A stretch of DNA of 28,662 nucleotides from contig JAJYSO010000001.1 of the NCBI GenBank assembly GCA_021793535.1, positions 1 to 28,662 of the forward strand, in the 5' to 3' direction. Below the pieces are notes generated by a model. That model saw nothing but the letters and a program-made list of their open reading frames with translations, was not told the DNA's origin and did no database searches. Made by a program: the position numbers and the translations under genes. This document shows positions 28,274-28,662 of this stretch, in pieces; the stretch's first letter is position 1; every line of letters starts with the position of its first letter. This stretch comes from Bacteroidota bacterium (GTDB lineage: Bacteria; Bacteroidota; Bacteroidia; Flavobacteriales; Flavobacteriaceae).

Positions 28274-28499
28274 ACAACGGAGCGTAAAACCCCATTCATC
28301 GTTTTAGCGTGGATGGGATGTAAGCGACCATTGGCCATGGCTTAAACTGTATTGACGAATTGTTTCTGGTGATGCTTCACCTATTGAGCAAACGAAAAAT
28401 CCTAACTGATTTAAACAAACAAGAAGATACGTCATAACGCACACGCTGTGAAACCCGAAGCCCAACCCATCGCCTCTGGTCTGGGGGGAGGTAGTTCAC
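28274..28499 (+). mobile_element. Miniature non-autonomous IS200/IS605-family derivative (PATE-like): left-end and right-end hairpins without tnpA or tnpB
   Basis: TTTAT (28269-28273) precedes AAAA plus hairpin CCCATTCATCGT-TTTA-GCGTGGATGGG (28291-28317). At the other end, GAAG (28457-28460) precedes a degenerate hairpin CCCAACCCATCGCC-TCT-GGTCTGGGGGG and then GTAGTTCAC (ends 28499). No ORF longer than 21 codons on the + strand. The left boundary is approximate. Confidence 0.72.
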
Positions 28500-28506
28500 A
28501 GTAACC

Positions 28507-28641
28507 TTACAACCATCTTTTACGTTTGAAATACCACAACATCCCCAAAAAGAGAACAAACATCAGTCCCAACACGACAAAATAAGCATATCGAAAATGA
28601 AGCTCCGGCATATAGTCGAAATTCATCCCGTATATCCCTGC
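28507..28641 (-). CDS. corA: 3' end of a CorA magnesium/cobalt transporter (partial; upstream sequence is not CorA-like)
   Basis: The minus strand reads AGIYGMNFDYMPELHFRYAYFVVLGLMFVLFLGMLWYFKRKRWL*, containing the CorA GMN signature, MPEL loop and last TM helix. It is missing from the ORF track. Whether the gene is intact cannot be determined. Confidence 0.9.
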   Translation of the reverse strand, partial: AGIYGMNFDYMPELHFRYAYFVVLGLMFVLFLGMLWYFKRKRWL

Positions 28642-28662
28642 ATATACTCTCACCTGCATCTC

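Noticed and set aside
28372-28437. 21-codon ORF (MLHLLSKRKILTDLNKQEDTS) inside the miniature element as a tnpB remnant or small protein
   Set aside because: It is too short to assign. A faint resemblance of LTDLNKQEDTS to TnpB N-terminal sequence cannot be supported without an alignment.
28377-28559. 60-aa minus-strand ORF in the ORF track (MFSFWGCCG...)
   Set aside because: It is out of frame with the real corA C-terminus and runs through the mobile-element right end; no motif.

Overview
The window looks like a Bacteroidota chromosome segment, most likely Flavobacteriaceae. The basis is the gene families, AT-rich leaders without Shine-Dalgarno sites, and repeated TAnnTTTG '-7' promoter boxes. 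Most of it is housekeeping and nutrient-scavenging genes: the 3' end of menE, a collagen-repeat lipoprotein, two tandem msrB, an M48 protease, an exported Ntn-hydrolase acylase, a NagB/PIG-L fusion, a split YeeE/YedE pair, a block of exported peptidases/amidohydrolases (M14, S10, amidohydrolase, M28/GCPII-like), a CxxS thioredoxin-like protein, map, a SAM methyltransferase, apbE, hutU, a DUF4136-like lipoprotein, nhaC, bshB1, tRNA-His(GTG), a second M28, fabH and the 3' end of corA. The most unusual part is the last ~400 bp, which the ORF track does not explain. A ~226-bp non-coding element between fabH and corA carries the left- and right-end hairpins, guide tetranucleotides and cleavage motifs (TTAT ... 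TTCAC) expected of an IS200/IS605-family element, but no transposase or TnpB gene. It may retain part of an omegaRNA-like 3' module whose guide would come from the corA 3' flank. The corA frame also switches to non-CorA sequence about 20 nt from the window edge. All calls are from motif recognition by eye; no database searches or folding were run.
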